DNA of 64,000 bases. It comes from Dehalococcoidia bacterium. GTDB taxonomy: Bacteria > Chloroflexota > Dehalococcoidia > Lucifugimonadales > GCA-2712585. Positions 1 through 9,740 of this stretch are shown in pieces; within the stretch, counting starts at the first letter, position 1; each line of letters begins with the position of its first letter. The DNA is taken from assembly GCA_965238215.1 (NCBI GenBank), contig OZ250180.1:25648-89647 (forward strand), written 5' to 3'. Under the pieces are notes generated by a model. That model did not search any database and was not told where the DNA came from. It saw nothing but the letters and a program-made list of their open reading frames with translations. Made by a program: the position numbers and the translations under genes.

Positions 1-1
1 T

Positions 2-2473
2 ACCACACAGGTTACTCTGACAGCGAGGGCAGTGACTGCGACGAACAAGCGCCCGGAGAGCGGGTTCACTTTAGACTTCACCGTGAACACCGCCAACGGC
101 ACCGCGCGGCAACCCGCGGACTACCAGCAGCTATCGGTAACGAAGACTTTCGACCGTTTCTATTTCTTGCAGGAAACAGTGGACGGCCAATCCCGCTGGG
201 TGGCGAAGGAGAACTTCAATGTGCTTGTTAACCACGACACTATAACGCAGGAGACCGAGACGTTCCGTGTGCAACTGGCCTTCGATGGCCCCAGCCAACC
301 CTACCTGCTTCGGGGCGATATGACCGCAACCGTGACCGTCACCGACGACGCGTCATCCCTCTCCGACCTGAACACGTCGGTGATGGTGGACAGCAGCTCG
401 GCCTCGCGTGGCGACCAGCTAACCTACAGCTGGTCGGTGGCCAACACCGACGTGACTGATACCACGAACGTCAGGCTAACCGCCACGCTGGACCCGGGGG
501 TGACCTTTATTTCGGCAGAGGTCGCGACGCCCGCGACTGGCCGGTGCAGTCACTCGGGCGGCACTGTCACCTGCACGCTGGGTACGCTGGCGCAATCCGA
601 TACGGCGAACGGTACTATAGTTGTCACCGTGGCCGACAACGCCTCGGCAGACATCGCCCTCATGGCGCGTGCAGAGGGGGACCAGCTAGACCGGACGCCT
701 GGGGACAACGACGACACGGTGACGACGGAGTTGGATGCTCCGCCCCAGCGTATTGCCAATCTGAGTGCATCCATAGAGGGTGGGCACATCGACCTGACAT
801 GGAGCAAGCCCGGGGACAATGGCAGCCCCATCACTTCTTACGAGCTGGAGCGGAAGGCCGGCACCGATGACTACGTGACACTAACAGCGCCTGACCCCAA
901 TGCCCGCTCCTATCGTGACGAGGACGTATTGGAGGGGATCGTATACACCTACCGGCTTAGGGCTTCCAACGTCGATGGAGACGCGGAGTGGTCGAATGAG
1001 GCCGAGGGTGAACGACGCGACGCGTCGCCACCTATCATTACCGGCACCGGTGGCGGTGGTGGTGGAGGAGGAGGTGGCGGTGGAAGCGCCAACCGTCCTC
1101 CGGAAATCACAGGCCCCAAGAGCATCCAATTCCCGGAGCACGGCACTGAACCGGTAGCCACCTACGAGGCCCAAGACCCTGAAGGCACCGAGATTCGATG
1201 GGAGATAGAAGACTCAGACCATGAGCATTTCCGTATCTCGGAGGATGGAGTCCTCCGCTTCATAACGCCTCCGGACTATGAAAACCCCGTCGACTTCCGT
1301 CTGAACAACACCTACGAGATTCGCCTACTTGCCGTTGACAGCGGTATTCCTTCCCAGTCCGGCCGCCTGCAGGTCAGGATAGAGATCAAACGAGTAAACG
1401 AGTTGGATCCGGTCAGTGGAGAGGTGCAGCTCTCGGTAGCCGAAAACCATACCGGCGCCCTCACTCAGTATCAGGTCGAAGACCCAGAGGGCGACGCCGT
1501 AGCATGGTCCCTCTCCGGCCCGGATGCGGCTTTGTTCCAGATAGACGAAGCCGGGACCCTGTCTCTGAACGAACCCCTGGACTTCGAGGCCCCGGCCAGC
1601 GCCGCGGGCGCCAATGACCACTCCCTTACCGTGGTCGCCACCGATGACGGCAAGCCTCCAGTGTCCCAACAGCTGCAGGTTGTCGTTACGGTGACTGACG
1701 TTAACGAAGAGCCTATGAGTGCGCCAGTCCCTGTCGTTGAGTTGACAGCCGGCAGTCCCGCCACCACATTAGACCTCGGCGAGTACTTCACTGACACTGA
1801 AGGAGATTCCCTAACTTACACCTTGGTTGAAGGCGCAGAATCTAATGTAGCCTCGGCCGTAGTGGAGGAAAGCACTCTCTCCTTAAACCCTCTGGAAGCA
1901 GGAACGGCGTCATTCCTTGTAACCGCCAGTGACGCTGCGGGGTTAAGTGTAACGGTCACCATAGAAGTGTCCGTGGCTAGTCCACCGCCGCCGGAACAGA
2001 CGCCCACACCCACCCCTGAGCCAACGCCCACGCCTACCCCTGAACCTACAGTTACGCAAACACCAACGCCGACGCTTTTGCCTACGGCAATACCTAGACC
2101 TGCGCTCAGGCCTGTCCCCACTGCTGTGTCAACTCCCACGCGTTTGCCCAGCCCCACAGCTACGCCTACACCGATGCCGACACCAATATCCGACGCCGTA
2201 CCCACGCCAGAGCCTATCGCAACCCCTACTCCAACGCTTAGCCCGACATTCTTACCCGCGTCCTTGGCGACTCCAACTGCCTTGCCAACGGCAGCTTTCA
2301 CCTCCGTGCCCAGCCCCACACCCGACGCTACGAGAGACGTGGAACCCGTAACGGAAATAACGTCCGAGAGGGCAGGTATGCCAGCTTGGCTAATAGCCCT
2401 TATCATTGCGGGTTTCCTTGCAACCATGGTTGGAGCGGCTGCCTTCGCATACCGTCATATAAAGCAGATGTAG
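2..2473 (+). CDS. Large cell-surface adhesin-like protein, 5-prime end outside the window (Calx-beta-like, DUF11-like, fn3, poly-Gly, two cadherin-like repeats, Ig-like domain, Pro/Thr stalk, C-terminal TM anchor)
   Basis: The frame is open from base 2 (track ORF 32..2473). Motifs: GTARQPADY (Calx-beta-like), LTWSKPGDNGSPITSYELE (fn3), VTDVNEEP (cadherin-like repeat boundary), a 12-Gly run near 1046-1081, a PTPTPEPTPTP stalk at about 1980-2330, and the hydrophobic WLIALIIAGFLATMVGAAAFAY before the TAG stop. Confidence 0.8.
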   Translation, partial: TTQVTLTARAVTATNKRPESGFTLDFTVNTANGTARQPADYQQLSVTKTFDRFYFLQETVDGQSRWVAKENFNVLVNHDTITQETETFRVQLAFDGPSQPYLLRGDMTATVTVTDDASSLSDLNTSVMVDSSSASRGDQLTYSWSVANTDVTDTTNVRLTATLDPGVTFISAEVATPATGRCSHSGGTVTCTLGTLAQSDTANGTIVVTVADNASADIALMARAEGDQLDRTPGDNDDTVTTELDAPPQRIANLSASIEGGHIDLTWSKPGDNGSPITSYELERKAGTDDYVTLTAPDPNARSYRDEDVLEGIVYTYRLRASNVDGDAEWSNEAEGERRDASPPIITGTGGGGGGGGGGGGSANRPPEITGPKSIQFPEHGTEPVATYEAQDPEGTEIRWEIEDSDHEHFRISEDGVLRFITPPDYENPVDFRLNNTYEIRLLAVDSGIPSQSGRLQVRIEIKRVNELDPVSGEVQLSVAENHTGALTQYQVEDPEGDAVAWSLSGPDAALFQIDEAGTLSLNEPLDFEAPASAAGANDHSLTVVATDDGKPPVSQQLQVVVTVTDVNEEPMSAPVPVVELTAGSPATTLDLGEYFTDTEGDSLTYTLVEGAESNVASAVVEESTLSLNPLEAGTASFLVTASDAAGLSVTVTIEVSVASPPPPEQTPTPTPEPTPTPTPEPTVTQTPTPTLLPTAIPRPALRPVPTAVSTPTRLPSPTATPTPMPTPISDAVPTPEPIATPTPTLSPTFLPASLATPTALPTAAFTSVPSPTPDATRDVEPVTEITSERAGMPAWLIALIIAGFLATMVGAAAFAYRHIKQM

Positions 2474-2942
2474 GCAGTCAGTGGAACGCAAAGCGTAATG
2501 GTGAGACAAGGCTAGTAAAATCAGATGGCGCATATATCGAGGCTTTGGTCGGCATTTGTAGGCCGAATACTAACGGTGTTGTTCAACCATGGCCCGCCCT
2601 GCGAGTATTGATATCTTTACCTTTTGAAGCCGTTTCTACGTCCAACCCTTTGGGTCCGTCTCAACGGATTGGGATGCCCCAAGTTAGCCATCATCCTGTA
2701 GTGTGGCGCCCGACCTCGGGCGTCGTACTACCGGTATGCGGTCGGGGAGCATTGGCGCTCACGTCTCAGCCAGTTGCTGTGTGGACAAAACCCGAACCGG
2801 GACGGCCATTAACAACATTGAAACGCCTACTATCATGCCGCCGAAGCCTCGCCTACAGTGTTTCCTGTGAAGGCTGCTAGGCACCTGCCGACGCTGACAG
2901 ATTTAAGACTCTTTCAAGAGGTCATACTATCGACCGCTTGTA

Positions 2943-3335
2943 CTAGAGGTTGCGAAAGGCAAAATAGCCTATAGCGACGGCTCCTAGGCATAAGCTTAGC
3001 TGCAAGCCTGTGTTGGCTAAAGCCATGGCGGTTTGACCGTCTCGCAGCAGAGTGAACGTCTGGTGCCCAAAGGCTGAAAAGGTTGTGAAACCGCCCAGTA
3101 GGCCGACAAAGAGAAAAAGCCTAGCGCTATCACCAAAGAAGTCCCGAGAGTCGGATAGCCCTGCTAAGACTCCAATGGTAAGACAGCCCACTGCGTTGAC
3201 GAACAGCGTGCCGTAGGGGAATGTGGACGGGCCAAACAGACCCTGTACCCACTCGCCGGCGACGTATCGAAGCGCTGAACCGAAAAATCCGCCCAGCCCC
3301 ACCAGGAGCAGTGTAGCTAGGAAGCTAGTGGTCAT
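2943..3335 (-). CDS. crcB: Fluoride ion channel CrcB/FluC
   Basis: Start taken at the internal Met17 of track ORF 2943..3383. MTTSFLATLLLVGLGGFFGSALRY ... GGFTTFSAF, about 130 aa with four hydrophobic helices, matches the CrcB family pattern. A purine-rich GGCGGGA lies 8 nt upstream of the ATG. Confidence 0.85.
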   Translation of the reverse strand: MTTSFLATLLLVGLGGFFGSALRYVAGEWVQGLFGPSTFPYGTLFVNAVGCLTIGVLAGLSDSRDFFGDSARLFLFVGLLGGFTTFSAFGHQTFTLLRDGQTAMALANTGLQLSLCLGAVAIGYFAFRNL

Positions 3336-4082
3336 TCGTTTGTTCCCGCCTTTAGATATGATAAGGTTGCCGGTTGACAGCACGGCACCACCGTGTGGTA
3401 AATGCCTGTTGCCTCACTGGAGAATGTTACCAGAAATTCAGCCGCTCCTGATTGACACCTACGGGTTCTATGTCTCTGTACCTCAACTCATCAATCTCAC
3501 TCTGTTTAATTGAAGCACACACCAGTTTCTTGGTGGTCACACTACGCTCCTATCGAACCCTTCGTTGCAGCCTCCGCAGGTGATTTCGACTGTAACGACC
3601 CCGTTTGTTGTGAATCAGTCGGACAGGATGGGAAAATGGTTTAGTTCATTTGACAATCCCATCCTGGACATCAGTGGCCTAACCCGTTGATCAACGCCAG
3701 CTGCTAAACCGTCATCTAAAGACCCAGCTACAGGGAAAGGCATTCTCCCTATCGGAAGTTCCTGAGCCGAAAGGAGGTGACTGACCCACAACTAAAACTT
3801 GATTCAAGTCTTCATCAGTCATCTCCAGGGTGGACTAATGTCTATGGCGATGACTGGTCTAATGACCCTGGCGATCGGCGCTCTTACTTAGCCCTACCTT
3901 ATTTCTGCCCAAATATACTGATACACCTCGGTAATCCATTGATCTTTTGACTCTAGCGGAATGCGATGTTAGCTTGAACCTCCGCGGAAGAATTTGGGCA
4001 TCTCTATATCGATTGTGATTGTAGGCCACTTGTTGGTTGAAAATCTTAGGAACCCCACGGCTAGCATCCTAAACGCAGGACA

Positions 4083-4372
4083 ATGATGTTAGATTGTCTC
4101 CGGCACTTTCTGAGAAATAGCGGGCTTTCGGGTCTTCTGACCTTAGCGGTGCTTGTACTATTTGTGGTCACCTGTAGCGAAGATGCGAAACTCCGCAGAT
4201 TACGATCACATCGCCATCGGTGGCCAGACCCTTGCCAACCAAGACTCCGACGGTATCACTAACTCCGAAACTGACAGCCGCTCGGATGCCTACATCTACA
4301 CCCACGCCCACACCCATGCCACCGCCAATGTCCGCCGCCGTACACACGCCCGCGTCCACACTTTTGGCCTAA
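4083..4372 (+). pseudogene. Lipoprotein stub: signal peptide plus Pro/Thr linker only, with a probable frameshift
   Basis: The ATG at 4083 gives MMLDCLRHFLRNSGLSGLLTLAVLVLFVVTCSEDA (lipobox VVTC). The Pro/Thr linker ETPQITITSPSV...PTSTPTPTPMPPPMS continues in another frame to the TAA at 4370-4372. No globular domain follows. Confidence 0.3.
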
Positions 4373-4574
4373 CGGTACTGAATTCATAACTCCTTGACTG
4401 CATCGGATGTTGTTCTCCTGGGCCGAGTTCATGGCCGAGGAGCCGGTCGGCGCGGGACGCTAGGCCCCAAGATACAGAAGGAGGGATAGCTTATCGTGGT
4501 GTCCTCCCCGTGACTGACCATGTATGCGGCCTTTTTCGTTGTCGGGGGGAAACGCCCGGCAGCGGCTAGTCACT

Positions 4575-5387
4575 CTAGTTCCCCGACTCGTCGTGGTGCC
4601 AGCCGGAGCGGAAGACCAGCCTGTCGTGCTCAACCAGCCAGAAGTGCTTGTCCTCGATCTCACCAGTGGCCGGGTTCACGTCCTCGTGAGTCACCCAGAT
4701 TCCCTTCCCGGTGTCCGCGAAGGACCCATCGTCGAGCATTTCTTCCAGGTGCACTCCCAATGCGTCGGCGTTGTAGTGGCTCAATATCTCGCCCTCGGGG
4801 TATGCGATGAACACGTACCACTGGGCGTCAACGCTGTCGGGGCTGTTGTAGTAGGCCAGGGTCGCCTCCAACCCGTCGGCGTGATACCGGGCGATGGCCT
4901 CGTCCACGACGAACTGGGTGTAGTCGGCGGGGGCTGACTTTGGCGGGATGGAGGCGACCACGCCACGGGCTATCTTCTCGGCTTCGTCAGAGGTGAGACC
5001 GGGTTCCGGCTGGGGCAAGGCCGCCAATGCCGTGCCGATGGCATCTTCCACGTCGGCGGAAGTGAGTCCGGGTTGTGACGCGGGTATTGAGGCGATGGCG
5101 GCTTCGACTATTCGCTCGACCTCCTCTTGGGACAGCCCAGATTCAGGCTGCGGCATCTCAGCCAGCGCCGCACGGATTGCCTCCTCTACATCGGCGGAAG
5201 TGAGTCCCGGCTCCGGTTGGGCCGGGGCGGGAGCGTCAGCCAACTCCTCACGCACGATCTCGTCAACATCGGCGCGGGATAGCTCAGTGTCCACGCCGCC
5301 GCAGGACACCAGGAGCAGGGCGACCAGCACCGCGAGCGCCATCAATGACAAAGGGGCCTTGGTCATCTTCTTCACGCTAGTTGGCAA
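4575..5387 (-). CDS. Lipoprotein with four tandem 23-aa helical repeats and a C-terminal Cache/PDC-like domain
   Basis: Signal peptide with lipobox LLLVSCGG. Repeats of the type PEPGLTSADVEEAIRAALAEM occur four times. The C-terminal part (VDEAIARYHADGLEATLAYYNSPDSVDAQWYVFIAYPEGEILSHYN) resembles single-Cache sensor domains. The start codon is uncertain (TTG at 5387 or ATG at 5366). Confidence 0.6.
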   Translation of the reverse strand: MPTSVKKMTKAPLSLMALAVLVALLLVSCGGVDTELSRADVDEIVREELADAPAPAQPEPGLTSADVEEAIRAALAEMPQPESGLSQEEVERIVEAAIASIPASQPGLTSADVEDAIGTALAALPQPEPGLTSDEAEKIARGVVASIPPKSAPADYTQFVVDEAIARYHADGLEATLAYYNSPDSVDAQWYVFIAYPEGEILSHYNADALGVHLEEMLDDGSFADTGKGIWVTHEDVNPATGEIEDKHFWLVEHDRLVFRSGWHHDESGN

Positions 5388-5601
5388 CTTCCTTCATCAT
5401 GTACCGGGTCGTGCTTTACGAGGGAATCCACAAGCCGCTAGAGGCCCTCGATGTCAGCCGACACCATGTGGCCTGAGTCGTCGGCAACGGCGTCGTGGCT
5501 CAAATCAGCGTCGTTTATTCCTTCCCCGCTCCTGCCTGCGGCATCCCTGATCCGTTGACCCGTCGTCATGCCAGGAACGGTCTCCCATCAGGGTTTACTC
5601 T

Positions 5602-6849
5602 TTACAACCTGCCCAGAACCACCGGTTCCGTAGCCGCGCTGGTCAACGATTCCCCATTCCCTGCGTCGTCGGTAAAGGTGACCCGCACCGTAATCACCTT
5701 GCCCTCGTCGGATGTTTGGAGCGTGTAGGTAGATGATGTCGCGCCATCTATTTCGGTGTCCCTGCTGGACAGCCACTGGTAACTCTAGCTGATATTGGTC
5801 AACCCGTCGGCGTCGGAAATCCCTGAGGTGTTCGCGGTCAGCGTCTGGCCCACTTGCGCCGTCCCGCTGATGGTGGGTACGCCCATCGCCGGGGTGTTTT
5901 CGCCGTCTCCCAGGACAAGAGATACGCCCCTGCCCGTTTGAATGCCGTTGTACTGGTAGCCGTCGTCGTCCTCAGCGGTCGCTGTAACCAGGAACGTTGC
6001 AGAATCTATGCTCACTGTAACCTGTGGATGCCCCGGATCCCCGGGAGTAACGGTGACCGGTGCACTGCGGATGCTGCCGCCGTTGATGGTGACTGCATCG
6101 ACAGACAGAGTGCCCCCGGTAGCGGACAGGGTCACTGACATGGAGAAGGGCGACCGATAGGCGACTTTGACCACGAAAGTGTTTTCCCCCATAGCTTCCA
6201 GTTCCGTCTTGAAGATGAAGGAGGACCCCGGGTTGTCGTCCAAATACAGCCTTTCCAGGCTAAAGAGGCTGTCGAACACGTCCTCGGGCAACGCGCTTAT
6301 CTGGTTATTGTTCAGCTCAAAAATGTCAGATTGTCGAGGCCGTCGAACACGTCCTCGGGCAACACGCTTGTCTGGTTAGTGTTCAGGGTAAAAATGTCAG
6401 GTTGTCGAGGCCGTCGAACACATCCTCGGGCAACGCGCTTATCTGGTTGCCATCCAAGCGCACACTTTTCAGGCTGTCGAGGCCGTCGAACACATCCTCA
6501 GGCAACGCGCTTATCTGGTTACCACCCAAGGACAACAATTCTAGGTTGTCGAGGCCATCGAAATCCCCGGAGTTAATTGCAGCGATGGTTTTTTGTAAGC
6601 TCCAATCCGCCTAATATCCCATTCAGGTCCGACTCGGTAACCAACACGCAGTCGCTTACGGCAGGCAGCCTGGCCAAGATCGCATCCTGCACTTGCTGGG
6701 TGCGGTCGAATATCGACGAGATGGTTGGCGCGGTGGTATCGGTCTGAGCGGAGACTGAAGGCAGGCCACCGGAGCCGAACAGCCCGACTATTCCCACAAG
6801 CAGCGCCGCCACCAGCCCCATTCGCCCATCTGCAGATTATTGGGTTCAT
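5602..6849 (-). pseudogene. Disrupted secreted LRR / Ig-like repeat adhesin
   Basis: AAGGAGG plus ATG at 6849. Signal peptide GLVAALLVGIVGLFGSGGLPSVSAQ. LRR units NQISALPEDVFDGLDNL. Ig-like repeat GTAQVGQTLTANTSGISDADG...YTLQTSDEGKVITVRVTFTDDAGN. The reading frame is broken in homopolymers at 6589-6594, 6390-6394 and 6319-6323, and by an in-frame TAG at 5785-5787. Confidence 0.7.
6271..6560 (-). repeat. Tandem LRR-coding repeat array (units of 71, 71, 72 and 72 nt)
   Basis: The GTCGAACAC-containing unit recurs at 6271, 6342, 6413, 6485 and about 6557. The first two intervals are 71 nt, not a multiple of 3. The later intervals are 72 nt. Confidence 0.85.
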
Positions 6850-7776
6850 GGTCACTGTTTCCTCCTTGATACAGTCATGTCGCTGGGCGGAGTCGGCTCC
6901 TCATCGTAGGTCGCCGCAAGAAGACAGAGGACGCCGCGTTATCGAGTCGAGCCGGGTTGAATCCAGCCGCCCGCGATGCGAGAGGGCCTGGCTGGAGGGA
7001 ATGAACGGGCCGGTCGCTAGGGGAGTGACGACATGAGTCGAGGCGGGCAGGGATGATTGACTTGAGTGCCGCGGAGTCCAACGAACGCGGCGTCGGGTGC
7101 TCTCGGTGCGGTCCCTAGGTCTATTGAAAACTGCGTCCCATTCAGGATGCAACAGCAGTCGGCCCTCCCACAGAGATGGCGATGCTAAACAACACACCGC
7201 AGGGGTTAGGATCAGCGTTACTGTGGATCCACCCACCGACACGCCGCTTGGAGACCGGGCCGACCCAGAGCGCAAACCACGTGCGCAAGATCTCCGCAAC
7301 GGACTGCCTGCTGGCGCTGACGTTGGCTTCACGGCTGCCTTTCTTCAATTCTCATGGTCTCGGTAACAGAGCGGGCCCGGGTCGAGTTGGCCGTCTCGCT
7401 GCTCGCATCTCGCTGACAGCTTTGCGCGGTCAGCAGGTGGCCAAGGCCGAGACCGTTGGCCAGATCGAGCAGCGCCATCAGATGGCGCGAGTTGGGTTGC
7501 ACGCCGGCAAGCCTCCACTTTTGTATTTCCCGCCTGTGGGCGACAGCCGATCGAATGCCCGCGAAAATGCCCTGCCAACGGGCGGGGCTGCATGAGGCTA
7601 TACAGCCGTTGTGTGATAATACCGTGCCGAACAAGCCCGCTACGGCGAGAAGTATCGTGTAATGTCTCGTCTCCTGCTGGAATGATTGACCCGACAATAG
7701 CCGGTTGGGATATATTTCGCAGCCGGCCCGTATCCCGTGGCCGACCGTGCGTCGGCCGTCTAAGAGAGGGGAGAAT

Positions 7777-7926
7777 ATGGTGAAATACGATGAGAATGGT
7801 CTGGAGATAGAGGCGCTGCGGGAATCTGTGATAGCAGCTATCTGCGGGATCTGCGGATACCTTATCTTCAGGGGAATCAAGAGTTGGATGAAACGGAGGG
7901 GAACCCTGGAGGGCGTTCTCGGTTGA
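7777..7926 (+). CDS. Hypothetical 49-aa protein with one hydrophobic helix
   Basis: ATG at 7777 preceded by GAGAGGGGAG. Sequence MVKYDENGLEIEALRESVIAAICGICGYLIFRGIKSW. No recognisable family, and it may be non-coding. Confidence 0.25.
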   Translation: MVKYDENGLEIEALRESVIAAICGICGYLIFRGIKSWMKRRGTLEGVLG

Positions 7927-7942
7927 ACCAGCTGGCGCAGCC

Positions 7943-8899
7943 CTAGTTCAAGATGCTCAGATACGCCTCTTCCAGGGTGGGTTCCCGGACAACCAAGCTG
8001 AATATGTCTGTCTTCGGCATCCTGTCCTCCAGGTATGCACTTATATCGAAGTCAGGTGAGCCGTGCACTATGAGCTGCTGCATGGCGTCCTCCGTTCCTT
8101 CGGTGACCCGCTGGACATCTTCCAGTGAACCAATCTCATCCACGAGCTCGGGGACGGGAGTTCTTAGCGTAAATTGAGTTATCTTAACCGTGCTGAATGT
8201 GCTCTTGATCTTCGCGGGAGTGCCAAGTGCGGCGAGCTTACCTTTGTCTATGATTCCTATGGAGTCGCAAAGGGTATCGGCCTCGAACATGTAGTGGGTG
8301 GTCAGAAGCACGGTCGTACCGCCTCTGGCCAGAGTAGGTATCAGCTGGCGAATTTCGTGGGCGCCTACGGGGTCCAGACCTATGGTGGGCTCATCCAGAA
8401 AGAGCACTTCCGGGTCCATGAGAAGTCCTCTGGCAAGATGTAGCCTCTGCTTCATTCCTCTGGAATACTCCTCTACCAGTGTCTTGGGCCGGTCCGTGAG
8501 GCCTACTAGTTCCAAGAGTTCGCCGATGCGCTTCCCCGCTTCGCCGGGTTTCATGTGATTTAGGGCGGCGAAATAGCGCAGGTTATCCTTTCCAGATAGC
8601 CGGCCATAGAGTCCGCGCTCCCCGCCGAGGACAAGGCCTATCCGCTTCCGTACCTCGTTGGATTCCTTCACAAGGTCAAATCCCAAAATGCGTGCACGTC
8701 CGCTTGTTGGAGTGAGAAGGGTGGCGAGTATGCGGATGGCGGTGGTCTTGCCGGCGCCGTTGGGCCCAAGGATGCCGAATACTTGTCAATGGGAGACATT
8801 GAGGTCCAGAGCATCAAGGGCGACGGTGGAGCGCGACTGGCCCAGTAGACTGCGGGACGTGTAAACGCGTCCGAGGCCCTGGCAGGTTATGGCGTCCAT
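7943..8899 (-). pseudogene. ABC transporter ATP-binding protein (ABC-2 exporter type) with an in-frame TGA
   Basis: ATG at 8899 gives MDAITCQGLGRVY...LDLNVSH, then TGA at 8786-8788, then [15 protein letters not shown] (Walker A). Downstream are YSRGMKQRL (signature-like), LLFLDEPTIGLD (Walker B) and the H-loop TTHYM. The stop sits where this family usually has Gly. Confidence 0.75.
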
Positions 8900-8943
8900 T
8901 GGGGACCTATCCATTCAATCATGGCTGCCTTCCTCGATGCGGG

Positions 8944-9738
8944 CTAAATACCCTGCTGCTCCATTATACCCCGGCGTTTCAGCTCCCGCTCCGCAAAGAT
9001 GAAGCCCAGGTAGCCCGCTAGAGCATAGCCGAGTGCGACGATAGCCTCAAGAGCTAGGTTTGCTCCCACGTCTCCAATGCCCGCTCCTGCTAGTGAATCC
9101 CTTAATGCCACAAGCCCGTGGGAGATTGGCAGAATCTGAGCAATGCCCTCAAATGCTGTCGGCAAACTTGATACCGGCACCACCATGCCGGTCAACCCAA
9201 CAAGAATGCCCAATACGGCCATGTAAAGGTTCTGCCAGTCGCGCAGCAGCAACGTAAGACCGCCCAAGAACAACGCGAACATGATTAGAGCGGTAACAAT
9301 CAAGAACACAGATGCCAATAGAGTTCCCCAGTTAGCGTTGGAGAAATCAAGATCCAGAATTAGGACTCCGGCGAGAAAGCCCATAGCGATGGTGAAGAAA
9401 GCATAATGGTAATGGACTATGCCCCGGGCAAAATAATGTACATAACGGCTGACTGGAGGCAGAAAGACGGTTGGAAGGGTCCCTGTCCATTTCTCCCTAT
9501 AGAAGCCCAGGGTCACCTCATTTGCTAAGAGCAGCATTGCTCCATTGACCGACATTCCAACGACGATTTGTCGGGTCAGGCCGGGGTCGAGGGCAAAGGC
9601 AGCCAGGAATCCGAAGCCAAGCATCATGAAAACCGATACCATGACTGCGTTCAGGATGTACGCGGAGGGCGTGGACCAGTAGAACCGTGCCCTGTAGCCG
9701 AGGTAGGTCTGCAGCCATATGTTGGTAAGGCTCGGCAC
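8944..9738 (-). CDS. ABC-2 type transporter permease
   Basis: GTG start at 9738, 7 nt after GGGGAGGA and 2 nt after the upstream permease stop. Six predicted hydrophobic helices and an ABC-2-like pattern (YLGYRARFYWSTPSAYILNAV...). Confidence 0.8.
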   Translation of the reverse strand: MPSLTNIWLQTYLGYRARFYWSTPSAYILNAVMVSVFMMLGFGFLAAFALDPGLTRQIVVGMSVNGAMLLLANEVTLGFYREKWTGTLPTVFLPPVSRYVHYFARGIVHYHYAFFTIAMGFLAGVLILDLDFSNANWGTLLASVFLIVTALIMFALFLGGLTLLLRDWQNLYMAVLGILVGLTGMVVPVSSLPTAFEGIAQILPISHGLVALRDSLAGAGIGDVGANLALEAIVALGYALAGYLGFIFAERELKRRGIMEQQGI

Positions 9739-9740
9739 TA

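Noticed and set aside
1816-2427. Long antisense or alternative-frame ORFs inside large genes (for example 1816..2427 minus, 4948..5550 plus, 24293..25183 minus, 52611..53234 plus, 60704..61369 plus, 10724..11347 minus)
   Set aside because: These are shadow ORFs typical of GC-rich coding DNA. Their products are Gly/Val/Arg/Ser/Pro-rich and motif-free, and they overlap genes that have strong family signatures on the other strand or frame.
3336-3480. Expected fluoride (crcB-motif) riboswitch upstream of crcB
   Set aside because: On the minus strand the leader has a hairpin CACGG-UGGUG-CCGUG followed by UCAACCGGC, which loosely recalls the P1 and AAACCGCC region. I cannot find the conserved GAUGGNGUUC loop or the 3-prime CUGAUGAUNCCUAC pseudoknot partner. 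A covariance-model scan (Rfam RF01734) would settle it.
6271-6560. Regular 71-72-nt repeats that could be mistaken for a CRISPR array
   Set aside because: The whole unit is repeated, with no unique spacers. It translates into canonical LRR units (NQISALPEDVFDGLDNL) continuous with flanking coding sequence, and there are no cas genes in the window.
6944-6975. tRNA or tmRNA-like T-arm strings (GGGTTGAATCCAGCC at about 6953; GATTCGAAC at about 30337; GGGTTCGCCCC at about 40141)
   Set aside because: The flanking bases do not form a 5-bp T stem, and no acceptor or anticodon arms can be drawn. No CCA-proximal acceptor pairing or tag-peptide frame was found.
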